DNA of 64,000 nucleotides from NCBI GenBank assembly GCA_963812605.1, contig CAWEWF010000001.1:627378-691377 (forward strand), read 5' to 3'. Shown in pieces: positions 33,203 through 43,061 of the stretch. The first letter of the stretch is position 1. Every line of letters starts with the position of its first letter. The notes under the pieces are model-generated. The model did no database searches and was not told the origin of the DNA. It worked only from the letters and a program-made list of their open reading frames with translations. The DNA is from an uncultured Verrucomicrobiae bacterium (lineage in GTDB: Bacteria; Verrucomicrobiota; Verrucomicrobiia; Palsa-1439). Both the position numbers and the translations under genes were made by a program.

Positions 33203-33424
33203 TTATCGCTGCGGCTTGGCGGTGGGAGGCTGTCCACTCGAGCCCTTGGCATGGGCTGGCTTGCCGGCCATGAAGCGATTGCATCCGCTGTTGCCGGATA
33301 CGCGCAATTTGTAGGGGAACAGCTTTTCATCAATGCACAATCCCATCGTGGTGTTTTTGACAGAAGCTTTCGGCTCGATCTGCCACCATTTGCAGTCCTT
33401 GCACAATCCCCATTCGTTACTCAT
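33203..33424 (-). CDS. small four-cysteine protein (HiPIP-like Cys spacing)
   Basis: CKDCKWW...GLC...VSGNSGCNRF; RBS GGAGG; overlaps the stop of the upstream ACT gene. Confidence 0.72.
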   Translation of the reverse strand: MSNEWGLCKDCKWWQIEPKASVKNTTMGLCIDEKLFPYKLRVSGNSGCNRFMAGKPAHAKGSSGQPPTAKPQR

Positions 33425-33890
33425 GGTTTTCCTCCGGTTGATTGGTGTCGCCCGCCGGAACCAGTTCGCGGCGTGACCCCGGCGGGAGGTCCATCGCCTC
33501 GAGCACGGTGACTGCTTGCGAACTGTCGGTGGTTTTCAAAACCAGTACGGTGCCCTTGTCGGGCGAACAACAGGTATAGGCATCCAGCATCTCGACGCCG
33601 TTGGCGCGCAACTCGGTACACAGGCGGACGGCTGACACGCAGCGGTGCTTTTCTTCCATCACCACCACCCGATTCGCCTCGCACTCGAAGCCGGCCGCTT
33701 GCAAAATACGGATGATGCCACTGTCCTTTCCCGTCACGAGGAGCACCGCCGCGCGCTCGTGGTCACTATAGAAACGCCAGGCGCCGACGGCGGAAGACTG
33801 CGCCGCCAAAACCGCGAAGAGTTTCGCCAGTACTTCCAAATCGTTGGCGATATGCAACATCACCTCATTTCGCTCTTGAATCTCTCGCAT
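33417..33890 (-). CDS. tandem ACT-domain protein (divergent third paralogue)
   Basis: VLLVTG..IRILQAAGFEC, ELRANGVEMLDAYT, VLVLKTTDSSQA; RBS AAGGAG. Confidence 0.65.
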   Translation of the reverse strand: MREIQERNEVMLHIANDLEVLAKLFAVLAAQSSAVGAWRFYSDHERAAVLLVTGKDSGIIRILQAAGFECEANRVVVMEEKHRCVSAVRLCTELRANGVEMLDAYTCCSPDKGTVLVLKTTDSSQAVTVLEAMDLPPGSRRELVPAGDTNQPEENHE

Positions 33891-33992
33891 GTGATTTTCT
33901 CCTTCCGGCGTTTTGCGGTTGCTGGTCCATAAAAAGATCTCTTATGCTTGGAAGCGTATCCTTTACCCCGCTTTCCGACAATTGGCGCGGGG

Positions 33993-34204
33993 GCTGATTG
34001 CGATCTAGGAGCTTCTCCCATGAGGATGTTTGCTCAGTCGGACTTCACCAATGGGCTGTTGGTGTCCTTCCGGCCGCTTTTCAGTTCCTTGCGGGCTTTG
34101 CCCGGTCCGTTCTAGGATATTCTCCGAGTGGAACTGGGGGTTACATCCCAGACCGAAACTAGCACGCTGCCCAATTGCGGAGTTCGCAAAACCGGGGCTT
34201 AATT
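33993..34204. promoter_or_regulatory. two composite sites (TAGGA GCTTC TCCCA at 34006; TAGGA TATTC TCCGA at 34113) and a TTGCGG..TTAATT promoter-like pair
   Basis: GCTGA TTGCG ATCTA GGA at 33993; GCCCG GTCCG TTCTA GGA at 34100; CCAATTG at 34171. Confidence 0.6.
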
Positions 34205-34230
34205 GGCTGGTAATTGAAAGGCGGATTCTA

Positions 34231-34455
34231 ATGACAACGAACGAGACATTACGTGAAGTCAGCCAAAAGAGCCGGTATCGAGGCAGAAACGTCCTTCTGC
34301 GCGGGCGAAGACGTGGACCGCATGATCAATGGCTTCCCGAAGCCAGCCTGGCAACGATCTGGCCGGTGGAGGACCAGGCGCGGTGCATTCCCATACGCTG
34401 GGTGCCTTCCCAGGCGCGCGTTGTCCCCGTGAGCCAGAAGGAGGGTGGACATTGA
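34231..34455 (+). CDS. small basic hypothetical protein (74 aa)
   Basis: ATG with GAAAGG RBS just downstream of the promoter-like elements; no recognisable family. Confidence 0.4.
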   Translation: MTTNETLREVSQKSRYRGRNVLLRGRRRGPHDQWLPEASLATIWPVEDQARCIPIRWVPSQARVVPVSQKEGGH

Positions 34456-34684
34456 TAACAAGTGCCGGCTCTCGGTGGCGTCCGCGGTTGCGAATGTCCG
34501 TTAAGACCTCGGACATTCTCCGAGATTCGGCTGCGGTCGTGTCCGAGAGTGAAATAGGCGAGGTTGCCCCATTGTTTCATCCCCATGGATGCGGGATATT
34601 TACAGCGGCAGCAGGAAATACCTCGGTATTCGGAGAGTATGCGTGCGTCAGCACAAACATCAGGAGTGCAGAACAAAGGGATGC

Positions 34685-35122
34685 ATGTATTTGAAGGATG
34701 TCATGAAGAAAAGAATCGAGGTTGTGGGTCCCGATACTCTTTTGCGAGAAGCCGCCCGCAGAATGAACGCGGACGGAATTTCTTTGTTTCCCGTGTGTGA
34801 GGGTCTGACGATGGTCGGGGTGCTTACCACGCGTGACATCACCGTGAGGGCGACGGCGCAGGGCTGTGATCCTCGGGTTACCCGCGTGCGCGCGGTAATG
34901 ATGGCCCCAACGATTTATGGCCAGGAAAACCAGAACCTTGATGAAGCGGCTGATCTTATGGAGAGATGGTCGCTCTACCGACTACCCGTATTGAATCAAA
35001 AGATGGAGTTGGTGGGAATCATTTCCTTGCGGGATTTGTCTGGAAACGCCCCACCGACGGCACGGCATTCCCCAGTTCACCGACGGAAGCGGATTTTGAA
35101 GGAGCACCGCTTGATCAAATAA
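34685..35122 (+). CDS. CBS domain protein
   Basis: [33 protein letters not shown]...[15 protein letters not shown]. Confidence 0.88.
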   Translation: MYLKDVMKKRIEVVGPDTLLREAARRMNADGISLFPVCEGLTMVGVLTTRDITVRATAQGCDPRVTRVRAVMMAPTIYGQENQNLDEAADLMERWSLYRLPVLNQKMELVGIISLRDLSGNAPPTARHSPVHRRKRILKEHRLIK

Positions 35123-35147
35123 CACGCCAACGAAAGGAGATCAGAAT

Positions 35148-35309
35148 ATGTTGTATTGGGCCCTGGTATTTTTCATCATTGCCCTGGTAGCCGGAGTCCT
35201 CGGTTTTGGCGGGATCGCGGCGGCGGCGACGGACATGGCCAGGATTCTGTTTTTCATCTTTCTGGTCATATTTCTCGTGACGCTGATGTTCGGATTGGTG
35301 CGGCGTTAA
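35148..35309 (+). CDS. DUF1328 (YtjA) small membrane protein (53 aa, absent from ORF track)
   Basis: [53 protein letters not shown]; RBS AAGGAG. Confidence 0.92.
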   Translation: MLYWALVFFIIALVAGVLGFGGIAAAATDMARILFFIFLVIFLVTLMFGLVRR

Positions 35310-35345
35310 CGCCGATTGTGATTTCAACTCCCGTGCTCCGCGCTT

Positions 35346-35373
35346 TCGCAATGTGTCCTAGGATATGTTCCTG
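35346..35373 (+). promoter_or_regulatory. composite site TCGCA ATGTG TCCTA GGA TATGT TCCTG
   Basis: Upstream of the PAS-GAF kinase/response regulator pair. Confidence 0.65.
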
Positions 35374-35458
35374 TGGCAGAATAGGAGCACCTTGGAGACG
35401 CACAAACTTGCAAATCCACGAGCCGTGATTAGGCTTGGTGTGTGCTGGGAGCACTCTC

Positions 35459-37247
35459 ATGACCGGGCGAGTGATTCAACTTAACGAAAAAGAGCAATTC
35501 GTATTCATGACGACTCCGAAATCGAAGTTCTCCGCTTTCGCTTCCATGGGTGGAGAGCGGCGGAACGGAGACCGGCGTGAGGAAGGAGTGGGATTCCGGT
35601 GGATCCGTGAAGCTCTTCGCCGGACCCCGGAGGCGCTGGAGCCATTGCGGGATGGGAAAGGACTGCACCACTTGCTTTTCGAAAAGGTGCCGCACCCGCG
35701 CTTTGTCTGCGATGCCCGGACACTGCGGATCCTCGTCGTAAATGAGGCCGCCATCCATCGTTATGGGTATTCACGCGAGGAATTCCTTCGCATGAAGATT
35801 ACGGACGTTGGCGCGCCGGAATGTTTTGCTGCTTTCAAAGAATACTGCCGAACAATTCCGTCGTCTCGCTTCGTTGCCGCCGGGCCCGAAGACAGCGTCT
35901 TTCGCCATCGGAAGAAGGACGGCAAATTGATGGACATCGCGGTGGACGCGGCGTTGATTCCCCTGGGCCACCGCCGCATGTTCCTGCTGTTGGCGCAGGA
36001 CATCACCCGGCAACGGCGTGCGATGCAGCGTCTTCGCACGCAAGAGGCCACCACCCGCGCGTTGGCCGAGTCTTCCACACTGGCCGAGGCCGGTCCGAAA
36101 GTTTTCCACGCCATTTGCGAGAACCTGGGTTGTGACTGGGGCGAGTTGTGGAGAGTGGATTCCACGGCCCAGCGCATGCGTTGTACCCAGACCTGGAATC
36201 CGCAAGGTGGAGCGTTGCCGGGAATGCAACAATCCATTCGGAATGCGCTCTTTGCCCGGGGTGAGGGAATTGCCGGCGCGATTTGGGCCCGCAACAAGCC
36301 GCTCTGGATTGCAGACATCGATCAACATCCGGAACAGTTCCGTGCCGCGATCATGAAAAAATGCGGATTGCGGACCGTCTGCGCGTTCCCGATCCGGCTA
36401 AACAAGGAAGTATTGGGAGTGATCAGCATTTTTAAGCGTCAGGTATTGCCTCCCGATAAATATGTACTGAAGATGTTGAAGGACATTTGCAGCCAGATTG
36501 GGCAGGTAATGGGTCGGCGCCGCGCCGAACGCCGTTTGTTGCAGGTCACCGAGGACGAACAGCAGCGGATCGGGCAGGATCTACATGACGGCTTGTGCCA
36601 GCAACTGGCCGGCATTGCCTACATCGCGAGCACCTTGGAAAACGAGCTTGTCCAGGAATCTCCCACCCGAGCTGTGACGGCGGCGCGAATTGCCGAATTG
36701 TCCCGGGAAACCGCGATCCAGGCGCGCCAAATTGCGCGCGGGCTCAACCCGGTGAACCTGGGCACGACGGGCCTGATGGCGGCATTAAAGGAATTGGCCG
36801 GTTCCATACGGTCCTTGTTCTCCATTTCCTGCCCGGTTCGAATGTCCTCGTCGGGTCCTTGTGCCGGATCATGAAACGGCCGTGCATCTTTATCGGATTA
36901 CGCAAGAAGCGATTCACAACGGGATTGCTCATGGCAAGGCAACCGAGATCGTTGTCTCTCTGCGGCGGGAGCCCGGCAAGATCGTCCTCCGGGTTACGGA
37001 CAACGGCCGCGGCCTTCCCAGGACGACGACGAACAGTGACGGAATGGGTTTCGAGAACATGAACTATCGCGCACGAGCCATTGGCGCGCGCCTGCATTTC
37101 CAGGCCCGCCCGCGGGGCGGGACGGTCATGCTTTGTGAAGTGCCAAACCAAATGGGAGGTCAAGATGAAGAGCGAACGCGTAAAACAGCCAGAGGTCGGA
37201 GCCAAGCAGCAAATTCTCCTGGTGGACGATCACCCGGTGGTTTGTGA
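35459..37247 (+). CDS. cytoplasmic PAS-GAF-HisKA_3 histidine kinase (frameshift ~36832)
   Basis: PAS VNEAAIHRYGYSREEFL, GAF WGELW..GEGIAGAIW..AFPI, H-box EQQRIGQDLHDGLCQ; continues ISCRFECPRRVLVPDHETAVHLYRITQEA in the shifted frame. Start codon uncertain. Confidence 0.88.
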
Positions 37248-37956
37248 AGGGTTGATGCAACGGATCAACGCCGAACCGGACCTGGAGGTTTGTGGCCGGG
37301 CGCACGACGGTCATTCCGCGCTGGATGCCATTGAGAAACTGCGTCCGAATATCGCCGTGGTCGACATCGCCCTGGGTGCCGGCAGCGGTGTAGAATTGAT
37401 CAAGGACATCAAGGTGCGTTATCCGCATCTGCCGGCCCTCGTGCTCTCGATGCACGCCGAGGAACTTTACGCCGAACGGAGCCTGCACGCGGGCGCCAAG
37501 GGTTATGTCATGAAACAGGAAGAGACTTCTGTTCTCCTGCGAGCGATTCGCCAGGTACTGCGCGGCGAGGTCTATCTCAGCGAGAAGGTCAAAGACGGGA
37601 TCGTCAGGCGGCTCGGGGGCATTGTTCCGGATGGTCAGGTGATCTCGCTCATCAAACAATTGAGCGATCGTGAATTGGAAGTCTTCCAGTTGATCGGGGA
37701 TGGTTTTGCCACCCATGAAATCGCGGTCCGTCTCCACATCAGCATGAAGACCATTGCTTCGCATCGCGAGAACATCAAGCGCAAGCTGAATCTACGCGAC
37801 GGTGAACAACTGGCTCGCTTTGCGATTCACTGGTTGCGGTACCGCGATGCCGGTCCGAACGCCGCGGCTTCGGTCGTCGCGCCGCCGCTGCAACCGAAAC
37901 CGATCTCCCGCGTGAAATCGACCGCGCATCGCAAAACTGTTTCCGCAGGCCGGTAA
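37165..37956 (+). CDS. NarL/FixJ-family response regulator
   Basis: LLVDDHP, VDIAL, LSMHAE, LSDRELEVFQLI...SMKTIASHRENIKRKL. Confidence 0.94.
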   Translation: MKSERVKQPEVGAKQQILLVDDHPVVCEGLMQRINAEPDLEVCGRAHDGHSALDAIEKLRPNIAVVDIALGAGSGVELIKDIKVRYPHLPALVLSMHAEELYAERSLHAGAKGYVMKQEETSVLLRAIRQVLRGEVYLSEKVKDGIVRRLGGIVPDGQVISLIKQLSDRELEVFQLIGDGFATHEIAVRLHISMKTIASHRENIKRKLNLRDGEQLARFAIHWLRYRDAGPNAAASVVAPPLQPKPISRVKSTAHRKTVSAGR

Positions 37957-38409
37957 GAGCCGACTCGCAACGCGTTTTTCCAAAGAAGGAATGCCACATC
38001 CCTCGGCCGGGAAAGGCGAGGGAGTGCATCGGCCGACAGCCATGCTTGAAGGCACAATGCTTTTCGAGAAGCCGGGAGGTGAGGTTCCCGGGTTGTTTGG
38101 GGGGTGGGGTGCATTGTCGCGGTCAAGGGTGAGGAGGACTGCCGCCGATGCCACTGCGAGGGGAACAGTCTGGCGCGAGAAGTTGGAGGCGTTGCCGCCA
38201 TCCGGCTGCCGCAACGTTCCGGAGTCACCCCGTTGGTACAACCCCTTCCCCAGCACACTACAGCGCGAACCTTCTCGCGCCAGACTGGCTTAATTATTTC
38301 GCCACGAGAAACGCCATCTGAAAATATATTCATTCGATTACTGATCGCGATCCTCTCTGCGATGTCGCCAGTCTGCGACAGAAGCCCGCTTCCGGCAATT
38401 GGGCGCAAG

Positions 38410-38437
38410 ACCGATTCTCGGGTAGGAAAAGCTCCTG
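38410..38437 (+). promoter_or_regulatory. composite site ACCGA TTCTC GGGTA GGA AAAGC TCCTG
   Basis: Within the 0.9-kb gap 37957-38913; further TCCTA half-sites at 38513 and 38641. Confidence 0.55.
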
Positions 38438-38913
38438 CCAATGCGACGCAGAATCTGGTAAACGAAGGTCGGGCTATCCCCATCGCGGCATCGAAACCAT
38501 CAGCTGTTTACCTCCTACCGGCTGGCGCCGCGAAGGAATGCGTCTCACAACGGCCTTCCGAAGATCATTGGGAACGCACACTCGCGCCTCTCAGAGGCAT
38601 TTCTCTCCGTTTTCCTGGAGAAATCGCTGACCATTGAGCTTCCTATCAAGCAGTGTTAGCGTATATTCCAGATGCTACGATAGAGTATTATGAGATGCGA
38701 ATTAATGCGTGGAAAGATCATCACGGCTTTGTTGAGCGTGTGCTGTTTCGCCGGCGCCAATGAACTGAATCAAGGGATCCACGCGACGGTTTACCACCAT
38801 CCACCCTTTTTTGGGAAAACCATTGGTCACAAGAGTGGCCTGGGCTAGCGGGAATCAGATTGGCGGTGAGGAGTATGCCTCTGGAGCGCTCCTCGTCAAT
38901 CGAATTGGCGATT

Positions 38914-39937
38914 ATGAGGTTAATCCAAGCTCTTGAGCAGCGATCGCGACAGTTTTTTGTGCTCGCGTGCCTGGGTGTTCTGACGCTGGTCGGATTGGTC
39001 GATTACCTGACTGGATTTGAAGTTTCTTTTTCTGTTTTCTATCTGTTGGGAATCGGATTGGCTGTCTGGTTTGTCAGCAAGGGGTTTGGTTTGTTGCTGT
39101 CCATCCTGAGCGTGGCCGTTTGGCTGGTAGGCGACATTGCGGCTGGCGCACATTATTCCAGTCCATTTATTCCTGTCTGGAACGTAGCAGTTGTAACAGC
39201 CTTTTACTTCATCGTAGTCTGGCTTCTGGCCAGATTGCGTTCGCTTCAGAAGGAACTGGAGAATCGAGTTCAGCAGCGAACAATTGCTCTGACTCAGGAG
39301 ATGACCGAGCGGGAACGTTTGGAAAAGGAGATCCTCAATGTCGTGGAACGCGAACAACAGCGGATCGGGCACGATTTGCACGACAGCCTGGGTCAGCATC
39401 TTACCGCGGCGGCATTGGCCGGCAAGGTATTGTCGGATCAACTGGCGGACCAACCGGTTCCTGCGGCGGCGGCCCGTCGGGTCGTGGCGCTTGTCGAAGA
39501 CGGCATTGCGCTCACGCGCACCCTGGCACGTGGGCTGACCCCTGTGGAGTTGGCGGCGGATGGGCTAATGGAAGCCTTTGAGGAATTATCAGACAGCACT
39601 TCCGAGCGGTTTCGTGTCGAGTGCCGATTTGAGTGCGACGTGCCGGTGCTGATTCCCGAAGCGGTGACGGCGACACACCTCTACCGCATTGCGCAGGAGG
39701 CGATCAACAACGCCATCAAGCATGGTCAATCCAAACACATCATCATGCAGCTCGCCAAGACCGAAGCCGGCGCGGTGTTGGAGATACTCGACGACGGCGC
39801 GGGCCTGCCAGACCCGTTGCCCGCGCAACACGGAATGGGGTTGCGGATCATGGCCCATCGCGCCACCATGATCGGCGGGGCTCTCACGGTGCGCCGGGGC
39901 CGGGGGCGGCACGGTTGTCACCTGCACGGTGCCATGA
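38914..39937 (+). CDS. membrane HisKA_3 sensor kinase (frameshift in GC run ~39900)
   Basis: About four TM helices (VDYLTGFEVSFSVFYL), H-box EREQQRIGHDLHDSLGQ; the alternative frame gives the normal end GGTVVTCTVP-TGA. Confidence 0.87.
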
Positions 39938-40590
39938 ACCAGAAACGCGTCTTTCTTGTGGATGATCACCCATTGGTGCGGGAGTGGTTGACGACTCACT
40001 TGCGCCAGCAGAGCGATCTCGCCGTTTGCGGAGAAGCCGAAGATGCGCCGCGTGCGCTCCAAGGAATTCTCGCACTGAAACCTGACGTGGTGATTCTGGA
40101 CATTTCCATGTCGGGCCGGTCTGGCATCGACTTGATCAAGGACCTGAAACGGTTGCAGCCGAACGCGGGGGTGATTGTGCTGTCAATGCATGATGAAATG
40201 ACACACGCGGAACGGGCTCTCCGCGCCGGTGCCCGCGCCTACATCATGAAGCGGGAGGCGACCGACAAAATCGTCACCGCCATCCGCCAGGTGCTGGCCG
40301 GGAAACTATACGTCAGCGAACGCGTCCAAGCGCGGCTCGCGGAGAAGTTTGTTGGCGCCATGCCACCCGCCAGCCAGTCGCCGGTAAACCTTCTTAGCGA
40401 CCGCGAGTTGGAAGTGTTCCAGCTCCTTGGTCAGGGCCGCGACACCAAACAGATCGCGGAGGAATTACAGGTCAGCTTCAAGACCGTTCACGCCTTCTGC
40501 GCCCGCATCAAAGAGAAGCTCGGTCTCACCAAAGCCACCGAACTGCTTCGCGAGGCCGTTCGCTGGGAAGAACAGCGCGAACGCATGTAG
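39934..40590 (+). CDS. NarL/FixJ-family response regulator
   Basis: MNQKRVFLVDDHP, LDISM, LSMHDE, LSDRELEVF; ATGA overlap with the corrected kinase stop. Confidence 0.92.
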   Translation: MNQKRVFLVDDHPLVREWLTTHLRQQSDLAVCGEAEDAPRALQGILALKPDVVILDISMSGRSGIDLIKDLKRLQPNAGVIVLSMHDEMTHAERALRAGARAYIMKREATDKIVTAIRQVLAGKLYVSERVQARLAEKFVGAMPPASQSPVNLLSDRELEVFQLLGQGRDTKQIAEELQVSFKTVHAFCARIKEKLGLTKATELLREAVRWEEQRERM

Positions 40591-40625
40591 GATTGGTTCG
40601 TACAGAAGTCCTGGAACGCGTCCTA
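40588..40625. promoter_or_regulatory. two motif copies TAGGA TTGGT TCGTA and CTGGA ACGCG TCCTA
   Basis: In the 70-bp gap before the TolC-family gene. Confidence 0.55.
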
Positions 40626-40659
40626 CAGACAAGCAGCCGAGGCACGCCTACGCTCATGC

Positions 40660-41958
40660 GTGGTGAAAACCCCGGTTGCGATACTTCTTTTGCTAACAAC
40701 CATCGCGCGTGCCGATACCAACACGCTGACTCTCGCCGAAGCCAAGCGGCTCGCCATCGAGCGCAACTGGGATTTGCTGGCAGCCAAGAGTGGTATTAAC
40801 GCCGCGTTAGCGCAGCTAATCGTCGCCAAGGAGTTCCCCAACCCCACCACTTCACTGTCCACAGCAAAAATAGGCACACACGATACGGCCACATCCCTGG
40901 GCAACGGCCTTTGGGAACGCAATTACGATACGATTGTCGCCATCAGCCAACTCATTGAGATTGGCGGCAAACGCAGTGACCGCCAGGAGGCGGGTCGGGT
41001 TGGGGTGATGGGATCACGGGCCCGTTTCCTTGATGCGAAGCGTACGTTGGATCAAGGCATCACCAAGGCCTACGCGGCGGCATTGCTTGCCAACGAGAAC
41101 GCACAAATACTCAACGATTCCGCCGGCTACATGCGTCGCGAGGCGGAAATCGGGATGGCCAGGTTCAAGGCGGGCGACCTTTCTGAGGCGGACTTTAAAC
41201 AGATTCTCATTGCCGTCGAGCAATTCGAATTGCAGGCCAAAGCGGCTGAGGCGACGGCGGTTCAAGCCCGGATTTCAGTTGAGATTCTCATGGGCATAAA
41301 TCAGCCGAAGGGTGTCTGGACTCCTGCGGATAACCTTGAACAGATGGGCGTGGTTTCTCCACCGGCAACCGAAGCGAAGCCGGGCGCAGAGCGTCCGGAT
41401 GTGTTGGCGGCTGGCACAGACCTTCGGGCGGCCCAGGCACAACTCAAATTGCAAAAGGCCATGCGGATTCCAGACCCGACCTTTTCGGTGGGATACGAAC
41501 ACGAGCCTCCCGGCGGCGGGCCTCCTGTGGATACGTTCAACATCGGCGTTTCGTTTCCGCTGCCTCTCTGGAATCGAAACGGCGGCAATATCAAAGCGGC
41601 GGCGGCGGCGGTGGACCAGTCAGCGCTGGCGGTCGCCAAGATCAAGGCGCAGGCGGTTTCCGATCTTGCCAACGCTGAAGTCGCTTACCAGGAGGCTTCC
41701 AAACGATTGGAGCGTTACCAGGACGAGATTCGTCCACAGTCCGCGAAGGTTCGCGAGTCGGTGGCCTTTGCGTTCGAAAAGGGCGGGGCCAGTTTGGTGG
41801 ATTTGCTGGAGGCCGAACGCACGGACAACGACGTTCGGATCGCCACCGCGCAAGCCATGTCGGACACGGCCAGTGCGGTGGCCGATCTGATCGCGGCGCG
41901 GAATGTCATATCCGAAAATACGTTCGCCGACGAGGAACCGGGAAGGAAGAAACCATGA
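40660..41958 (+). CDS. czcC: TolC/CzcC-family outer membrane efflux protein
   Basis: LTLAEA..AIERN.DL, SQLIEIGGKR, IPD.T, GVSFPLPLWNRNGG, GGASLVDLLEA. Confidence 0.88.
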   Translation: MVKTPVAILLLLTTIARADTNTLTLAEAKRLAIERNWDLLAAKSGINAALAQLIVAKEFPNPTTSLSTAKIGTHDTATSLGNGLWERNYDTIVAISQLIEIGGKRSDRQEAGRVGVMGSRARFLDAKRTLDQGITKAYAAALLANENAQILNDSAGYMRREAEIGMARFKAGDLSEADFKQILIAVEQFELQAKAAEATAVQARISVEILMGINQPKGVWTPADNLEQMGVVSPPATEAKPGAERPDVLAAGTDLRAAQAQLKLQKAMRIPDPTFSVGYEHEPPGGGPPVDTFNIGVSFPLPLWNRNGGNIKAAAAAVDQSALAVAKIKAQAVSDLANAEVAYQEASKRLERYQDEIRPQSAKVRESVAFAFEKGGASLVDLLEAERTDNDVRIATAQAMSDTASAVADLIAARNVISENTFADEEPGRKKP

Positions 41959-43061
41959 AGATAACGACCGCGCTTGTTTTGGTGGTGTTGATCTTTGACG
42001 GCTGTCGCAAGGCGCAAGAATCTACCGAGCCGCTCTCTCCCGTCGTGGAACATGAGGACGTCAGCCTTATTAAAGTGGACCACCCGGAACAGTTCCCGGT
42101 CGCTACCGCTGTGGAACACAAGGCGGAAAGAACTTTGACCGTGACCGGAGTGGTGGCCCCCGACGTGGCGCGAACGGTGCCGGTGATCTCACTGGCCTCC
42201 GGCCGAGTGGTGGAAATTCGCGCGCGGTTGGGGGATGAAGTCAAGAAGGGCCAACTGTTGTTGAGGATTCAGAGCAGCGATGTTTCAGGAGCGTTTTCAG
42301 GGTACCGAAAGGCCGTCAATGACGAACGGTTGGCTCGGACACAGTTAGAGCGGGCGCAGGCCCTCTATGAACACAGTGCCCTCGCCCAAAAAGACCTCCA
42401 AACTGCGGAAAACGCGGAACAGGATGCCCAGGTCGACTTGGACACCACGACCGAGCAATTGCGGTTGCTCGGCGTGGACAAGGAACATCCGACAGGAATC
42501 GTTGATGTCGTTGCTCCGATAACCGGCATCATTACCGATCAACAAATTGTCAACGCGGGCGGCGTCCAGGGCTTGTCTGGTCCCAACACTTTCACGATCT
42601 CTGACCTTTCCCAAGTCTGGATTGTCTGCAACGTCTACGAGAACGATTTGCCTGCCGTTCACGTGGGCCAACGGGCCGACATTCATCTGAATGCCTATCC
42701 GAAGGAAGCGCTCCAGGGCAAAATCGGCGACATCGAACCCATACTCGACCCCAATCTCCGAACAACAAAGGTGCGGATCGAGGTAACAAACCCGGGATTC
42801 TTGCGTATCGGCATGTTTGTCACCGCAACGTTCCATGGCGAGGAACAGGAAACCCACGCCGCCCTACCGGCCACGGCGGTGCTGCATCTCCACGACCGTG
42901 ACTGGGTATATGTGTCGGTGGGCGGCGGGCGGTTCCGTCGCACAGAAGTCGTTGGGGGAGAAATGCTGCCCGGCAATCTGCAGGAAATCGTCTCCGGCAT
43001 ACAACCGGGTCAGGCCGTCGCGTCCAATGCGCTGGAATTGCAAAACACCGCGGAGCAATAA
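41955..43061 (+). CDS. czcB: RND periplasmic adaptor (CzcB-like)
   Basis: GRVVEI...GDEVKKGQLL, APITGII, FTISDLSQVW, DP..RT.KVRI, LRIGMFV. Confidence 0.88.
   Translation: MKITTALVLVVLIFDGCRKAQESTEPLSPVVEHEDVSLIKVDHPEQFPVATAVEHKAERTLTVTGVVAPDVARTVPVISLASGRVVEIRARLGDEVKKGQLLLRIQSSDVSGAFSGYRKAVNDERLARTQLERAQALYEHSALAQKDLQTAENAEQDAQVDLDTTTEQLRLLGVDKEHPTGIVDVVAPITGIITDQQIVNAGGVQGLSGPNTFTISDLSQVWIVCNVYENDLPAVHVGQRADIHLNAYPKEALQGKIGDIEPILDPNLRTTKVRIEVTNPGFLRIGMFVTATFHGEEQETHAALPATAVLHLHDRDWVYVSVGGGRFRRTEVVGGEMLPGNLQEIVSGIQPGQAVASNALELQNTAEQ

Noticed and set aside
38860-40590. Apparent 576-aa kinase-response regulator fusion
   Set aside because: Shifting frame in the GC run at ~39900 restores the normal kinase end GGTVVTCTVP-TGA overlapping the regulator ATG; most likely an indel artefact.
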